Of a DNA stretch of 64,000 bases, positions 20,150 through 30,135 are shown piece by piece. Below the pieces are notes generated by a model that was not told the origin of the DNA, ran no database searches, and worked only from the letters and a program-made list of their open reading frames with translations. A program made the position numbers and the translations under genes. This DNA comes from Gammaproteobacteria bacterium (GTDB lineage: Bacteria > Pseudomonadota > Gammaproteobacteria > Eutrophobiales > Eutrophobiaceae): positions 31,336 through 95,335 of the forward strand of contig JAJFKK010000124.1 of the NCBI GenBank assembly GCA_021773245.1, in the 5' to 3' direction. Every line of letters starts with the position of its first letter. Position 1 is the first letter of the stretch.

Positions 20150-21445
20150 TTATTTTAAAAAAGGCCCCCACGCGGGTTCGCGCACATCACCTTGTTGTAA
20201 ACCTAGTCGTTGATGAATACGGCCATCAGTCGATACAGCGGCAAGCTGACCGCCACGGACACCTGTGGTTGCATAAATGACCATGCCGCCGTTTGGTGCA
20301 AAACTGGGGGACTCATCCAACCTTGCATCTGTTAATACATCAATAGAGCCATTGGCAAGATTAAGTATTCCGATACGATATGAGCCAGAAACAGCATGAA
20401 CCAAGGTTATTGATTTACCATCGGGAGAATATTCGGGGCGGGCATTATATTTCCCTTCAAAACTAATACGTTTAGGATCGCCACCATTGACACTGACTTC
20501 ATAAATTTGTGGTCCGCCACTGCGGTCAGACGTAAATGCTAATTTTTGTCCACTGGGTGACCAGCTTGGTTCGGTATCAATGCCGCCGTGGCGGGTAATA
20601 CGCTGTAATGACTTATCATTAAGACTCATTATATAAATTTCGGTATTACCATCTTTAGATAAAGTCAAAGCCAAACGTGAGCCATCCGGCGACCAATCTG
20701 GCGAACTGTTAATCCCAGCAAATGAAGATACTAGCTCGCGTTGACCGGTTAAAATGTTTTGCACATAAATAGCTGAGTTTTTTCCTTCGAAAGAAACATA
20801 GGCAATTTTTTTACCATCTGGAGACCAAGATGGAGAAAGCAGAGGTTCTGCTGATTCCAGCAATATTTGTGCATTGTAGCCATCCGCGTCTGCAATTTGC
20901 AGGGAATGGACTTTTTTATTCTTAATCTTGTTAACTGTTATGTAAGCAACGCGGGTATCAAAGGCGCCAGGTATTCCTACAAGCTTTTCAAAAATGATGT
21001 CACTAATTTGATGAGCAACGCGACGAAGTAAATCCGGCTTGGCAGGTATGCGAAAACCAGCAATCTGTTTTCCTCGATAAATATCAACCAGACGAAAACT
21101 GACTTCATAATCGCCAGCATCCGTCAGGTTTAGTTTACCGATCAGGATGTTTTCCATGCCTAGCTTACGCCAGTCACCAAAATTAATACTGTCATATTCA
21201 CTTGGTCGTTGTGGTAAATCTGCTTCGTCCATAACATCAAAGCGGCCACTGCGTTGCAGGTCATTGCTAATAATCGATGTTAAGTCGATTGGCGCCACAC
21301 TGCTGGCTTGTGACCAGCCAAACGGTACGATGGCAATTGGTAAGGACTGCTCTATTCCTTGTGTTATTTTTATGTCGAGAACAGCTTGAGCTTGCAGCGA
21401 GACAAGTAACAAGCTGGCAATCATTAATTTAAATAAAACTTTCAT
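20150..21445 (-). CDS. tolB: Tol-Pal system beta-propeller protein TolB
   Basis: 431 aa with repeated PxWSPDG propeller motifs. Confidence 0.95.
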   Translation of the reverse strand: MKVLFKLMIASLLLVSLQAQAVLDIKITQGIEQSLPIAIVPFGWSQASSVAPIDLTSIISNDLQRSGRFDVMDEADLPQRPSEYDSINFGDWRKLGMENILIGKLNLTDAGDYEVSFRLVDIYRGKQIAGFRIPAKPDLLRRVAHQISDIIFEKLVGIPGAFDTRVAYITVNKIKNKKVHSLQIADADGYNAQILLESAEPLLSPSWSPDGKKIAYVSFEGKNSAIYVQNILTGQRELVSSFAGINSSPDWSPDGSRLALTLSKDGNTEIYIMSLNDKSLQRITRHGGIDTEPSWSPSGQKLAFTSDRSGGPQIYEVSVNGGDPKRISFEGKYNARPEYSPDGKSITLVHAVSGSYRIGILNLANGSIDVLTDARLDESPSFAPNGGMVIYATTGVRGGQLAAVSTDGRIHQRLGLQQGDVREPAWGPFLK

Positions 21446-21471
21446 GTGATGTTCTATCCTAACCTTCTATC

Positions 21472-22386
21472 TTATGGTTCAAAAGTGAATCTTATATTAC
21501 GCATCTTCTCAAACAGTCTTGTTTCATCCGGCGCGGGCAATGGTGAAGCTGAATATACGGCAGTTTCAGCTCGTTTATCAAATAAGTCATTACCACTAGA
21601 TTTTACAATAGATGCTTCGACAACTTTACCGCCTTCAATCATCCTTATCAGAATTACACAGGACAAGCCTTCATCCAGTCCAAGCTGGTTAAACTTGCTT
21701 TCAATAGAACGTTGAATAGCGCCAATATATCTATCTATTTCTTTACCGTCTTGTAGTTCTTGCTCTGCTTCTTGTTCAGCAACAAGTTCGGCTTCTATCT
21801 CATCTTGTAGCGCTTTTTCACGTGCTTTTCGATCTTCTTCCTCTTTCGCCTTGCGTTTTTTCTCTTCGGCTTTCTTTTTTTCTTCCTCTAGCTTTTTCTT
21901 TTCTGCTTCTTTCTTTTGAATATCTTCTTCCAGTTTCTTTTTTTCTTTAGCTTCTTTTTTCTTTTTCTCTTCTTCGAGTTTTTTCTTCTTTTCAAGTTCC
22001 TTTTTTTCTTTTTCCAGTTTCTTTAAGCGTAACTTCTCATCCTTAAGTTTTTTTTGTTCCAGTTCTTTTTTCTTTTTTATCTCTTTAAGTTTTTTTTCTT
22101 CATTTTGAAGTTTCTTTTTTATTTCTGCTTCTTTTTTCTCAAGTTCTTTTTTGCGATTTAATTCATCTTCTTTCTTTTTATTTTCTTTATCCTTTATACG
22201 TTTTAGTTCTTTTTCAACCTGTTTCTTATCAACCGTCGCTGCTTTTACGATATTTGCCATCGGTTTAGGCTGCGGTATTGGTTTTGATGAAAAATTAAAA
22301 CTAAAGATCAGCACAATACCCAATATAAAGTGAAGGGCTAGAGACAATAAAAATGACCGTGAGGTCAGAAACCAATCTTCACGCAT
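21472..22386 (-). CDS. tolA: Tol-Pal system protein TolA
   Basis: N-terminal TM anchor, long Lys/Glu-rich helical domain, C-terminal TolA domain. Confidence 0.8.
   Translation of the reverse strand: MREDWFLTSRSFLLSLALHFILGIVLIFSFNFSSKPIPQPKPMANIVKAATVDKKQVEKELKRIKDKENKKKEDELNRKKELEKKEAEIKKKLQNEEKKLKEIKKKKELEQKKLKDEKLRLKKLEKEKKELEKKKKLEEEKKKKEAKEKKKLEEDIQKKEAEKKKLEEEKKKAEEKKRKAKEEEDRKAREKALQDEIEAELVAEQEAEQELQDGKEIDRYIGAIQRSIESKFNQLGLDEGLSCVILIRMIEGGKVVEASIVKSSGNDLFDKRAETAVYSASPLPAPDETRLFEKMRNIRFTFEP
21780..22230 (-). repeat. Low-complexity K/E-rich coding repeats within tolA
   Basis: Tandem degenerate KKEAEKKKLEEEKKK units visible in both DNA and protein. Confidence 0.6.
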
Positions 22387-22389
22387 AAA

Positions 22390-22812
22390 TTAATTTTCAG
22401 GTGGATCTGTCATCATGCCGACAGAAGGCGCGCCGGCGCGTTGTAGTAAAGACATGACTTGCACGACTTGTCCGTAGGGAACGCTAGCGTCACCACCTAT
22501 TAACACAGGTATATCAGGCGTATATTTTAATAAAGCGCTGACACGGTTAACCAATACATCTGGCGTTACTGGTTTATCTTGATCGTCACCATAATTAATA
22601 AAAAAGTTTCCGTCCTTATCAACATTAACTATCACAGGTTCTTTTTCATTCGGAGGTAAAGGCTCGGAAGCCGTTTGTGGCAAATCTACTTTAATGCCTT
22701 GGCTTAAAAGTGGCGCAGTGACCATAAATATAATGAGCAAGACCAGCATAACATCAATGTAAGGCACAACATTGATTTCAGACATCGGTTTCTTTTTAAT
22801 TCGTTGTCGCAT
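22390..22812 (-). CDS. tolR: Tol-Pal system protein TolR (ExbD family)
   Basis: ExbD/TolR fold with a single TM. Confidence 0.9.
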   Translation of the reverse strand: MRQRIKKKPMSEINVVPYIDVMLVLLIIFMVTAPLLSQGIKVDLPQTASEPLPPNEKEPVIVNVDKDGNFFINYGDDQDKPVTPDVLVNRVSALLKYTPDIPVLIGGDASVPYGQVVQVMSLLQRAGAPSVGMMTDPPEN

Positions 22813-22973
22813 TCTTTAATTAAGTCGGTTTGATAATGTTTCTAAAGTTATAATTTTTGTGCGAGAACAAGGAAGCACTGCACGGAGATTCTGAGTGTAT
22901 GTATGAATACATGATGAATCGAGTACAGCGCTGACGCTGTAATCGTGCGAAAAGTGTAGTTTTAAGAGCATTA

Positions 22974-23648
22974 TCATGAATGAGCGTGTCGGTGCAAGAT
23001 CGACGAAAACTCTTCCATAAAATTATCGTAACGATTAATTAACCGTTCAACATCATAGGAATAACGGTTATAAGCAATTACGGCAGGAATAGCCGCAAAC
23101 AAGCCCATTGCGGTTGCGACTAATGCTTCACTAATACCCGGAGCTACCATAGCAATCGTCGCTTGCTGTACAGTGCCTAATGCCTGAAAGCTATTCATAA
23201 TTCCCCAGACGGTCCCGAATAAACCAACATAAGGGCTAGTCGATCCAACCGTTGCTAGAAAAGATAAATTGGTTTCAAGGTGATCCATTTCTCTATTCAT
23301 AGCGATACGCATGGAGCGTTGCGAGCCATCAAGCACGGCGTCTGCATCAATGTTTTCCTGCTTATTTAAACGGGCAAATTCTTTAAAGCCAGCTTCAAAT
23401 ATTTTTTCCATGCCACTGGGCTGATGATGTCGCGCTGATATTTTAGTGTATAAAGGACTCAGATCTTCTGCTGACCAAAATTCATCTTCAAAATGTTCAG
23501 AATCATTTTTTGCACGTTTTAGTATGACGCGTTTATTGATAATCATGGTCCACGATACAATGGATGCTGCTACTAGTATTAGCATCACAAGTTGAACCAG
23601 TAAACTGGCATTCAGGACGAGATCGATAATTGAATGATCAGTGGTCAT
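22974..23648 (-). CDS. tolQ: Tol-Pal system protein TolQ (MotA/ExbB family)
   Basis: 224 aa, 3 TM, conserved TolQ C-terminal region. Confidence 0.9.
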   Translation of the reverse strand: MTTDHSIIDLVLNASLLVQLVMLILVAASIVSWTMIINKRVILKRAKNDSEHFEDEFWSAEDLSPLYTKISARHHQPSGMEKIFEAGFKEFARLNKQENIDADAVLDGSQRSMRIAMNREMDHLETNLSFLATVGSTSPYVGLFGTVWGIMNSFQALGTVQQATIAMVAPGISEALVATAMGLFAAIPAVIAYNRYSYDVERLINRYDNFMEEFSSILHRHAHS

Positions 23649-24048
23649 TAGCTAACTCCGTAAGTAATGCTTCAGGCATCGGCGATGCTTTTAATGTTGT
23701 TGCGTTTAAGCAGGCGACTTTCACTTCTGCCTGAGTCAATAATTCTTCTTTTTCATTTTTAATAAATTGTTGAAACGTAATACTGGCGCCACGATGATTT
23801 AATAATGTTGATGTTACGGTTAATAAGTCATCAAGTCGCCCTGGTTTTTTATAATCAATCGTTACGTTTTTCACTGCAAATATTAAGTTATGATCTTTAA
23901 TGAGTTGTTCATGTTCAAAGCCAACGCTTCTTAACCACTCGGTACGTGCCCGTTCCATAAATCGTAAATAGTTTGCATAAAATACCACGCCGCCAGCATC
24001 GGTATCTTCATAATAGACTCGTACTTGCCATTTAAATTCTGCGCTCAA
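23638..24048 (-). CDS. ybgC: Tol-Pal-associated acyl-CoA thioesterase YbgC (hotdog fold)
   Basis: 4HBT hotdog thioesterase with YYEDTD motif. Overlaps the tolQ start. Confidence 0.85.
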   Translation of the reverse strand: MSAEFKWQVRVYYEDTDAGGVVFYANYLRFMERARTEWLRSVGFEHEQLIKDHNLIFAVKNVTIDYKKPGRLDDLLTVTSTLLNHRGASITFQQFIKNEKEELLTQAEVKVACLNATTLKASPMPEALLTELANDH

Positions 24049-24066
24049 TTCAATTAAACTCTTTTG

Positions 24067-25113
24067 TCACTCTGTAGCGTCATTAAACAAATCATCTGCT
24101 TTCATAAGATCTTTTGGAACATCCAATCCAAAATGTAACCAGGCCGTTTTAGTTGCTATACGACCTCTGGAAGTTCGCATTAAAAAACCTTGCTGAATTA
24201 AATAAGGTTCAAGTACATCTTCAATAGTATCTCGTTCTTCACTTATCGCAGCAGCAAGACTATCCACACCAACAGGGCCACCATCAAATTTTTGTAATAT
24301 TGCGAGTAATAATTTGCGATCCATCATATCGAAACCATGTGCATCGACATTCAACATATCAAGAGCACGTGTAGAGATTTCTCCAGTGATGACGCCATCT
24401 CCTTTCACTTGAGCATAATCACGAACGCGACGTAATAATCGATTGGCGATCCGCGGTGTTCCGCGAGAACGTGCAGCAATTTCTCCCGCTCCCTTTGCTT
24501 CAATTTCTACTTCAAGAATTTTTGCTGATCGAATAACAATTTCACCCAGTTCTTGCGGCGAATAAAATTCAAGCCGTTGTACAATACCAAAACGGTCACG
24601 TAAGGGAGATGTAAGTAAGCCGGCGCGTGTTGTCGCACCAACCAGGGTAAAAGGTGGCACATCAAGTTTAATGGCGCGTGCCGCAGGTCCTTCGCCGATC
24701 ATAATATCGATTTGGTAATCTTCCATTGCTGGATACAGCACTTCTTCGACAACGGCTCCTAGACGGTGTATCTCATCAATAAAAAGTACATCGTGCGGTT
24801 CAAGATTTGTTAACAAGGCAGCCAAGTCGCCTGGTCGTTCCAGTACTGGGCCAGAAGTTTGTCGCATATTGACGCCCATTTCGTTGGCGATAATGTGTGC
24901 CAGCGTTGTTTTACCTAATCCGGGTGGGCCAAAGATTAAAACATGGTCAAGTGATTCAGCACGTTGTCGAGCAGCGCCGATAAAGATCTCCATTTGCTCG
25001 TGCACAGACGCTTGGCCAAGATAATCCTGTAAACGTTTTGGGCGTAAAGCATTATCAGCAACATCATCTTCTGCTGAGTTTTGGGGTGAAATGACTTCGT
25101 TTGGTTCGACCAT
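24067..25113 (-). CDS. ruvB: Holliday junction branch migration helicase RuvB
   Basis: AAA+ Walker [10 protein letters not shown] and conserved RuvB C-domain. Confidence 0.95.
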   Translation of the reverse strand: MVEPNEVISPQNSAEDDVADNALRPKRLQDYLGQASVHEQMEIFIGAARQRAESLDHVLIFGPPGLGKTTLAHIIANEMGVNMRQTSGPVLERPGDLAALLTNLEPHDVLFIDEIHRLGAVVEEVLYPAMEDYQIDIMIGEGPAARAIKLDVPPFTLVGATTRAGLLTSPLRDRFGIVQRLEFYSPQELGEIVIRSAKILEVEIEAKGAGEIAARSRGTPRIANRLLRRVRDYAQVKGDGVITGEISTRALDMLNVDAHGFDMMDRKLLLAILQKFDGGPVGVDSLAAAISEERDTIEDVLEPYLIQQGFLMRTSRGRIATKTAWLHFGLDVPKDLMKADDLFNDATE

Positions 25114-25272
25114 GTCGGGTGTCTATTTTCCCTGTAAACGTATGAATAAGCTAGTCGGGTTATTGATATTCATTTAAATATTAAAATCTGACAATGTTAT
25201 GACTTTAAAAAGGAAAACTACCGATTTTTTTCATTAACAAAATAGGATTTTAATCATTTATTGAGCTGACAG

Positions 25273-25740
25273 TTACTTGTCTTTCTTTTTTTGCTCTGGC
25301 AAAGCAAGAATACGAATAGTTCGTGTGGCGAGATGAACTTCGCGAAGGAAGAATGTGAGGCTAATAACGAGGGTTAATGTGGCACTCATGAACAGTATGC
25401 CTATTAGCCAGTTCAATTTTAAATGCAGGAGTGCTTCAAAAAAGAACATCGATACTACAGAGCATACTAACAAGGCTGAAAGCACACACATGTTAATCGC
25501 TGCGCTAGCTACATGGCGACGTTGCTCAAGGCTCTCTAATTCGGTTTTGATCTCGTCTGGTAACGTCCCATCAATATTTGAAGTGGTTTCCGAGAGACAA
25601 CGGCCTCGGTCGATTATTCGAGCTAGTCGGTTTGTCATTACGCTGAGTAACCCTGCAATGCCGGTAAGCAAGAATACGGGCGCTAAAGCTAGTTGAACTG
25701 CGTTGGTTACATCGCCGATATTTTCTATCCAATTGAACAT
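25273..25740 (-). CDS. DUF2721-like small membrane protein, inserted between ruvA and ruvB
   Basis: 155 aa with predicted TM helices. Resembles DUF2721 proteins by recollection only. Confidence 0.5.
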   Translation of the reverse strand: MFNWIENIGDVTNAVQLALAPVFLLTGIAGLLSVMTNRLARIIDRGRCLSETTSNIDGTLPDEIKTELESLEQRRHVASAAINMCVLSALLVCSVVSMFFFEALLHLKLNWLIGILFMSATLTLVISLTFFLREVHLATRTIRILALPEQKKKDK

Positions 25741-25832
25741 AAATTCATTTTTACTTTTTTTTTAAACTAAAAAGAGATTCTTGCTTTATTAATGTATAAA
25801 TATTTTTAGGAAGCAAAAGTATAAGACAGCGT

Positions 25833-26432
25833 CTATTTTTTAACGGAGTTCTTTAATGCTTCACGGATTAGTTCTTCACTGCTCATGTCATCATTTGCCA
25901 CAGCAAGTACAAATTTGCTAGCTTCTTGTGGTTTATAGCCTAGTCCAATTAATGCGCTTACAGCTTCATTAACTGGATCGTTGCTAATATTTGGTTTGTC
26001 ATTACTTCGAGAAGCAGAAGTCGCCGGCACATCGTCAAGTTTGTCGCGCATTTCTATGATAAGTCGTTCAGCTGTCTTTTTACCAACGCCGGGTAATTTA
26101 ACTAAACGGTCGGCATCATTATTTTTTACGCACATGGCAAACTCATCTGCTTCTATGCCGGATAAAATAGTAAGCCCCATTTTTGCCCCGACACCATTAA
26201 CCTTGATTAAGGTTCTAAATAGATGTCGTTCACCTTCGGTGGCAAAACCAAATAACAAATGTGCGTCATCACGTACAACCAGATGGGTAAATATTTCCAC
26301 TTCATTCTTGACTTCGGGCAACGCGTAAAATGTCGTCATTGGTGCTTCTATTTCATAACCAACACCTTGGACATCCAATAACAACAATGGTGGTTGTTTT
26401 TTAATAATAATGCCACGTAGAAAACCGATCAT
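25833..26432 (-). CDS. ruvA: Holliday junction DNA helicase RuvA
   Basis: MIGFLRGIIIKKQPPLLLLDVQGVGYEI N-terminus. Confidence 0.95.
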   Translation of the reverse strand: MIGFLRGIIIKKQPPLLLLDVQGVGYEIEAPMTTFYALPEVKNEVEIFTHLVVRDDAHLLFGFATEGERHLFRTLIKVNGVGAKMGLTILSGIEADEFAMCVKNNDADRLVKLPGVGKKTAERLIIEMRDKLDDVPATSASRSNDKPNISNDPVNEAVSALIGLGYKPQEASKFVLAVANDDMSSEELIREALKNSVKK

Positions 26433-26959
26433 TGTAAGCGTCCATAACGTATGCCACTAACGCCTTGCATACGTAATAAGCCTTCACGCGAGTTAGCATG
26501 GCAAAGCGCTATTGCTAATGCATCAGCGGCATCGGCTGTCGGTTGCTTATCTAAACAAAGTAATATCTTGATCATATGTTGCACTTGTTCTTTCGCCGCA
26601 TGGCCTTTGCCAACAGTAGCTTGTTTTACCTGATTGGCGGTATATTCGTAAACAGGCAAGTCTTGTATCGCACAGGCAGCAATAGCAACACCGCGTGCCT
26701 GACCCAGTTTTATTGCTGAATCTGCATTGCGATTCATAAATATTTTTTCAATAGAAACTTCTTCGGGTTTAAATTCTTCAATGATGGCCGTTAAGCCTTC
26801 GTGGATGACTTTTAGTTTATCGGCAAGTGTTTCGCCTTTGACTTTAATAATGCCGTTGCTGATATGTTTAGAGTGATTACCTTTGGAGTCAATGATGCCG
26901 TAGCCAGTTATTATAGAGCCGGGGTCAATACCAAGAACTCTTATCGATTGTGAGCTCAT
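26429..26959 (-). CDS. ruvC: Crossover junction endodeoxyribonuclease RuvC
   Basis: ILGIDPGS N-terminus. Overlaps ruvA by 4 bp. Confidence 0.95.
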   Translation of the reverse strand: MSSQSIRVLGIDPGSIITGYGIIDSKGNHSKHISNGIIKVKGETLADKLKVIHEGLTAIIEEFKPEEVSIEKIFMNRNADSAIKLGQARGVAIAACAIQDLPVYEYTANQVKQATVGKGHAAKEQVQHMIKILLCLDKQPTADAADALAIALCHANSREGLLRMQGVSGIRYGRLQ

Positions 26960-27008
26960 GCCAGAATTGATAAAAGTTTAGACAATGAGAATGATGCTTT
27001 TGTCATTG

Positions 27009-27755
27009 TTAATCTAATTGAGCCAATACTTCTTCAGAGATTTCTGCGTTTGAATAAACTTTTTGTACATCATCCAAATCTTCCAGTAAATCGAGCAGTT
27101 TTAACATTGAGGAGGCTTCTTTTAAGTTGAGTTCGCTGGAAGTTGAAGCGCGCATGGTGATTTCTGCATTTTCAGGTTCAAAGCCAGCTGTTATTAATGC
27201 TTCTTTTGCATCTACAAAGTTATCAGGTTCCGTGATCACATCAACAGAACCATCATCATTACTTACGACATCATCTGCACCGCCTTCCAAAGCGGCTTCC
27301 AAAATGGCATCTTCATCTGCACCACTTGGGTAAGAAATAAGACCTACTTTAGTAAATAGGTAAGCAACAGAACCATCTGTGCCTAAATTGCCGTTAAATT
27401 TAGTGAAAGCATGACGTACTTCAGCAACAGTACGATTTTTATTGTCAGTCATGGTGTCAACCAAAACGGCTACACCACCTGGACCGTAGCCTTCATAACG
27501 AAGCTCATCAACATTACCACCTTCTTCACCACCAGCACCACGCTTAACAGCTCGCTCAATGGTGTCTCGGGTCATATTATTTGATAGACCATTATCGATT
27601 GCCGCACGCAATCGAGGGTTAGCGTCTGAGTCGCCACCGCCTAATTTTGCAGCAACAGTAATTTCTCGAATAAGTTTGGTGAAGAGCTTTCCTCGTTTGG
27701 CGTCTTGTTTGCCTTTCCGGTGTTGGATATTCGCCCATTTACTATGACCTGCCAT
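27009..27755 (-). CDS. yebC: YebC/PmpR-family transcriptional regulatory protein
   Basis: [15 protein letters not shown]... hallmark N-terminus. Start moved to the internal Met at 27755. Confidence 0.9.
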   Translation of the reverse strand: MAGHSKWANIQHRKGKQDAKRGKLFTKLIREITVAAKLGGGDSDANPRLRAAIDNGLSNNMTRDTIERAVKRGAGGEEGGNVDELRYEGYGPGGVAVLVDTMTDNKNRTVAEVRHAFTKFNGNLGTDGSVAYLFTKVGLISYPSGADEDAILEAALEGGADDVVSNDDGSVDVITEPDNFVDAKEALITAGFEPENAEITMRASTSSELNLKEASSMLKLLDLLEDLDDVQKVYSNAEISEEVLAQLD

Positions 27756-27947
27756 GTGTTTTTCCGTATTTGTGATGTTGGTTGAAGAGTAAGAGTGTGA
27801 TTCTAACATTCAAGTCAAGGATGCCCAAGACAGGAAAAAATATGATCTGAATCAAACTTATATGTTATTTGATTCATTATTCGAGTTTGACTAAGAGTAT
27901 AATGATCTATTAATTTTAATATCGGCAATCAATTTGAGGCACTTATC

Positions 27948-28949
27948 ATGGCGAACGGCAAAGTAATAACTAAAGTAGAAAATGTAACTGCAGCTAGTGG
28001 TAAAACCGTGAAAAATAGTAACAAAGACGAGAAGGCGGCTTCTCGTAAACGTTCTGGGGCGGTTTTACATGAGCTTGCTGAAAAACGTCATAATCCTGAT
28101 GAGATTCGCCGAGCATTTGAGACAGGCGAGTATCCTTATCAATCGAAAATGCGCAGAGCGACGTATGAAAAACAAAAATCAATGTTGCAAGTTGAATTGA
28201 TTAAAGCCCAACAATGGGTGAAAGAGTCTGGCCAAAAGATAGTTTTGCTCTTTGAAGGACGTGATGCAGCGGGTAAGGGCGGTACAATAAAGCGTTATAT
28301 GGAGCATATGAACCCACGTAGCGCGCGCGTGGTGGCACTAGAAAAACCGACCGAGGAAGAATTTGGCCAATGGTATTTTCAACGCTATATTAATAATCTG
28401 CCAACAACTGGAGAAATAGTGCTATTTGATCGCTCCTGGTATAACCGAGCGGGTGTTGAGCGAGTAATGGGGTTTTGTAAACCTAGCGAATACCTTGAAT
28501 TTATGCGTCAAACGCCAGAACTTGAGCAAATGTTTGTGCGCAGTGGTATCCGAATGTTTAAGTACTGGTTTTCAATTACTCGTGAAGAGCAGGCTCGTCG
28601 TTTCGCTGCTCGCAGTGACGACCCACTTAAGCAGTGGAAACTGTCACCAATTGATAAAGCCTCTGTTGATCTTTGGGATGATTACACCGAGGCGAAAGAA
28701 GCCATGTTTTTTTATACTGATACGGCAGACTCACCTTGGAATATTGTTAAATCAGATGATAAGAAACGAGCTCGCTTGAATTGTATGAGGCACTTTTTGT
28801 GGAACCTGCCGTATCCTGATAAGAATCATCATGTTGTGCATCAGCCAGATCCATTAATTGTTGGATCAGGTAGTCATGTTGTCCATGCCAGCGAACATAT
28901 ACTCGGCAAGAGTCTGCACCCGAAAACGCGGCGTAAAGAGAAAGAGTAG
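27948..28949 (+). CDS. ppk2: Polyphosphate kinase 2 family protein
   Basis: Walker A GRDAAGKGG and PPK2 lid/Walker B region. Confidence 0.85.
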   Translation: MANGKVITKVENVTAASGKTVKNSNKDEKAASRKRSGAVLHELAEKRHNPDEIRRAFETGEYPYQSKMRRATYEKQKSMLQVELIKAQQWVKESGQKIVLLFEGRDAAGKGGTIKRYMEHMNPRSARVVALEKPTEEEFGQWYFQRYINNLPTTGEIVLFDRSWYNRAGVERVMGFCKPSEYLEFMRQTPELEQMFVRSGIRMFKYWFSITREEQARRFAARSDDPLKQWKLSPIDKASVDLWDDYTEAKEAMFFYTDTADSPWNIVKSDDKKRARLNCMRHFLWNLPYPDKNHHVVHQPDPLIVGSGSHVVHASEHILGKSLHPKTRRKEKE

Positions 28950-28967
28950 TTTTTGATTCTTTAGTTA

Positions 28968-29001
28968 GCGGGATGCCTGAATTATATTAGGCATCTCCCG
29001 C
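28968..29001. terminator. Imperfect hairpin between convergent ppk2 and nadA (possible bidirectional terminator)
   Basis: gcgggatgcct ... aggcatctcccgc stem with one bulge. Overlaps the nadA stop. Confidence 0.35.
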
Positions 29002-30054
29002 CAGCTTCTTTTGATCTTTGGTAAAATCAAGCAAGCGTTGAATAGAGCCTTTCGCTTTTTGAACAATATTAGCATCAACAAAAATTTCATTTTCGCCCGT
29101 CTCTAGAACACGCGCTAATTTTCTTAGGCTATTCATTGCCATCCATGGACAATGCGCGCAGCTAATACAGGTTGCGCTTTTGCCCGCAGTTGGAGCTTCG
29201 ATCAAAATTTTATCTGGTGCCGCTTCTTTTATTTTGTGGAAGATGCCTTTATCCGTCGCAATGATGAATTCTTTGGCTTTCATTTCGACAACAGCATTTA
29301 TAATGCCGGTGGTTGAGCTAACCAAATCGGCCTGTTCAATAACTGATGCCGGAGATTCAGGATGAACTAATACTTTTGCATCAGGGTGATGTGCGCGAAG
29401 TGTTTCGAGCTCCTGTCCTTTAAATTCTTCGTGAACAATACAGGCGCCTTGCCAGATGAGCATGTCAGCACCGGTTTCTTTTTGCACGTAATCGCCGAGA
29501 TATTTGTCTGGTGCCCAGATGATTTTTTTACCTTCTGCTGCTAAATGTTTAATCACATCAACCGCACTGCCTGAAGTCACCATCCAGTCGGCTCGCGCTT
29601 TGACAGCCGCACTGGTATTGGCGTATACGACGACAATGTGATCAGGGTGTGCATCACAAAAAGCGGAGAATTCATCTGCAGGACAACCTAGATCCAATGA
29701 ACAGTTTGCAGCGAGATCCGGCATGAGGATGCGTTTTTTCGGACTTAGGATTTTGGCTGTCTCACCCATGAACTTCACGCCACAAACAATCAGCGTTTCA
29801 GCATCGGATTCATAACCAAAACGAGCCATATCCAGCGAATCAGAAACATAGCCGCCGGTTTCATCTGCGAGGGTTTGTAAATCAGGCTCAGTATAATAAT
29901 GAGCGACCATGACAGCGTTTTGTTGCTTAAGTAGTGATTTAATTTTTTTGTTTAATTCCGCACGCTCGGAATCATCGATCTGTTCAACAACAGTCGGAGG
30001 GATTTGTTCTTTTTCCAGAGAATATGAACGATTCAGAATGGAGTCAGTTGTCAT
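28987..30054 (-). CDS. nadA: Quinolinate synthase A
   Basis: 355 aa with NadA Cys ligands and conserved core. Confidence 0.95.
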   Translation of the reverse strand: MTTDSILNRSYSLEKEQIPPTVVEQIDDSERAELNKKIKSLLKQQNAVMVAHYYTEPDLQTLADETGGYVSDSLDMARFGYESDAETLIVCGVKFMGETAKILSPKKRILMPDLAANCSLDLGCPADEFSAFCDAHPDHIVVVYANTSAAVKARADWMVTSGSAVDVIKHLAAEGKKIIWAPDKYLGDYVQKETGADMLIWQGACIVHEEFKGQELETLRAHHPDAKVLVHPESPASVIEQADLVSSTTGIINAVVEMKAKEFIIATDKGIFHKIKEAAPDKILIEAPTAGKSATCISCAHCPWMAMNSLRKLARVLETGENEIFVDANIVQKAKGSIQRLLDFTKDQKKLAGDA

Positions 30055-30135
30055 AATAAAATACAGGTTTAACTAGTGATGATTTACTAGGTAACTTTAG
30101 ACAAGTTTAAGACGAGAAGAAACTCTTATTCGGCC

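Noticed and set aside
21780-22230. Tandem repeats in tolA considered as a possible CRISPR or VNTR array
   Set aside because: Repeats are in-frame coding low-complexity sequence of TolA, degenerate and without spacers. Not CRISPR.
22813-22973. 160-bp gap between tolQ and tolR with a small hairpin (tacagcg-ctga-cgctgta at about 22925-22942)
   Set aside because: Short stem without a U-tract and no further evidence of function. Noted but not called as a feature.
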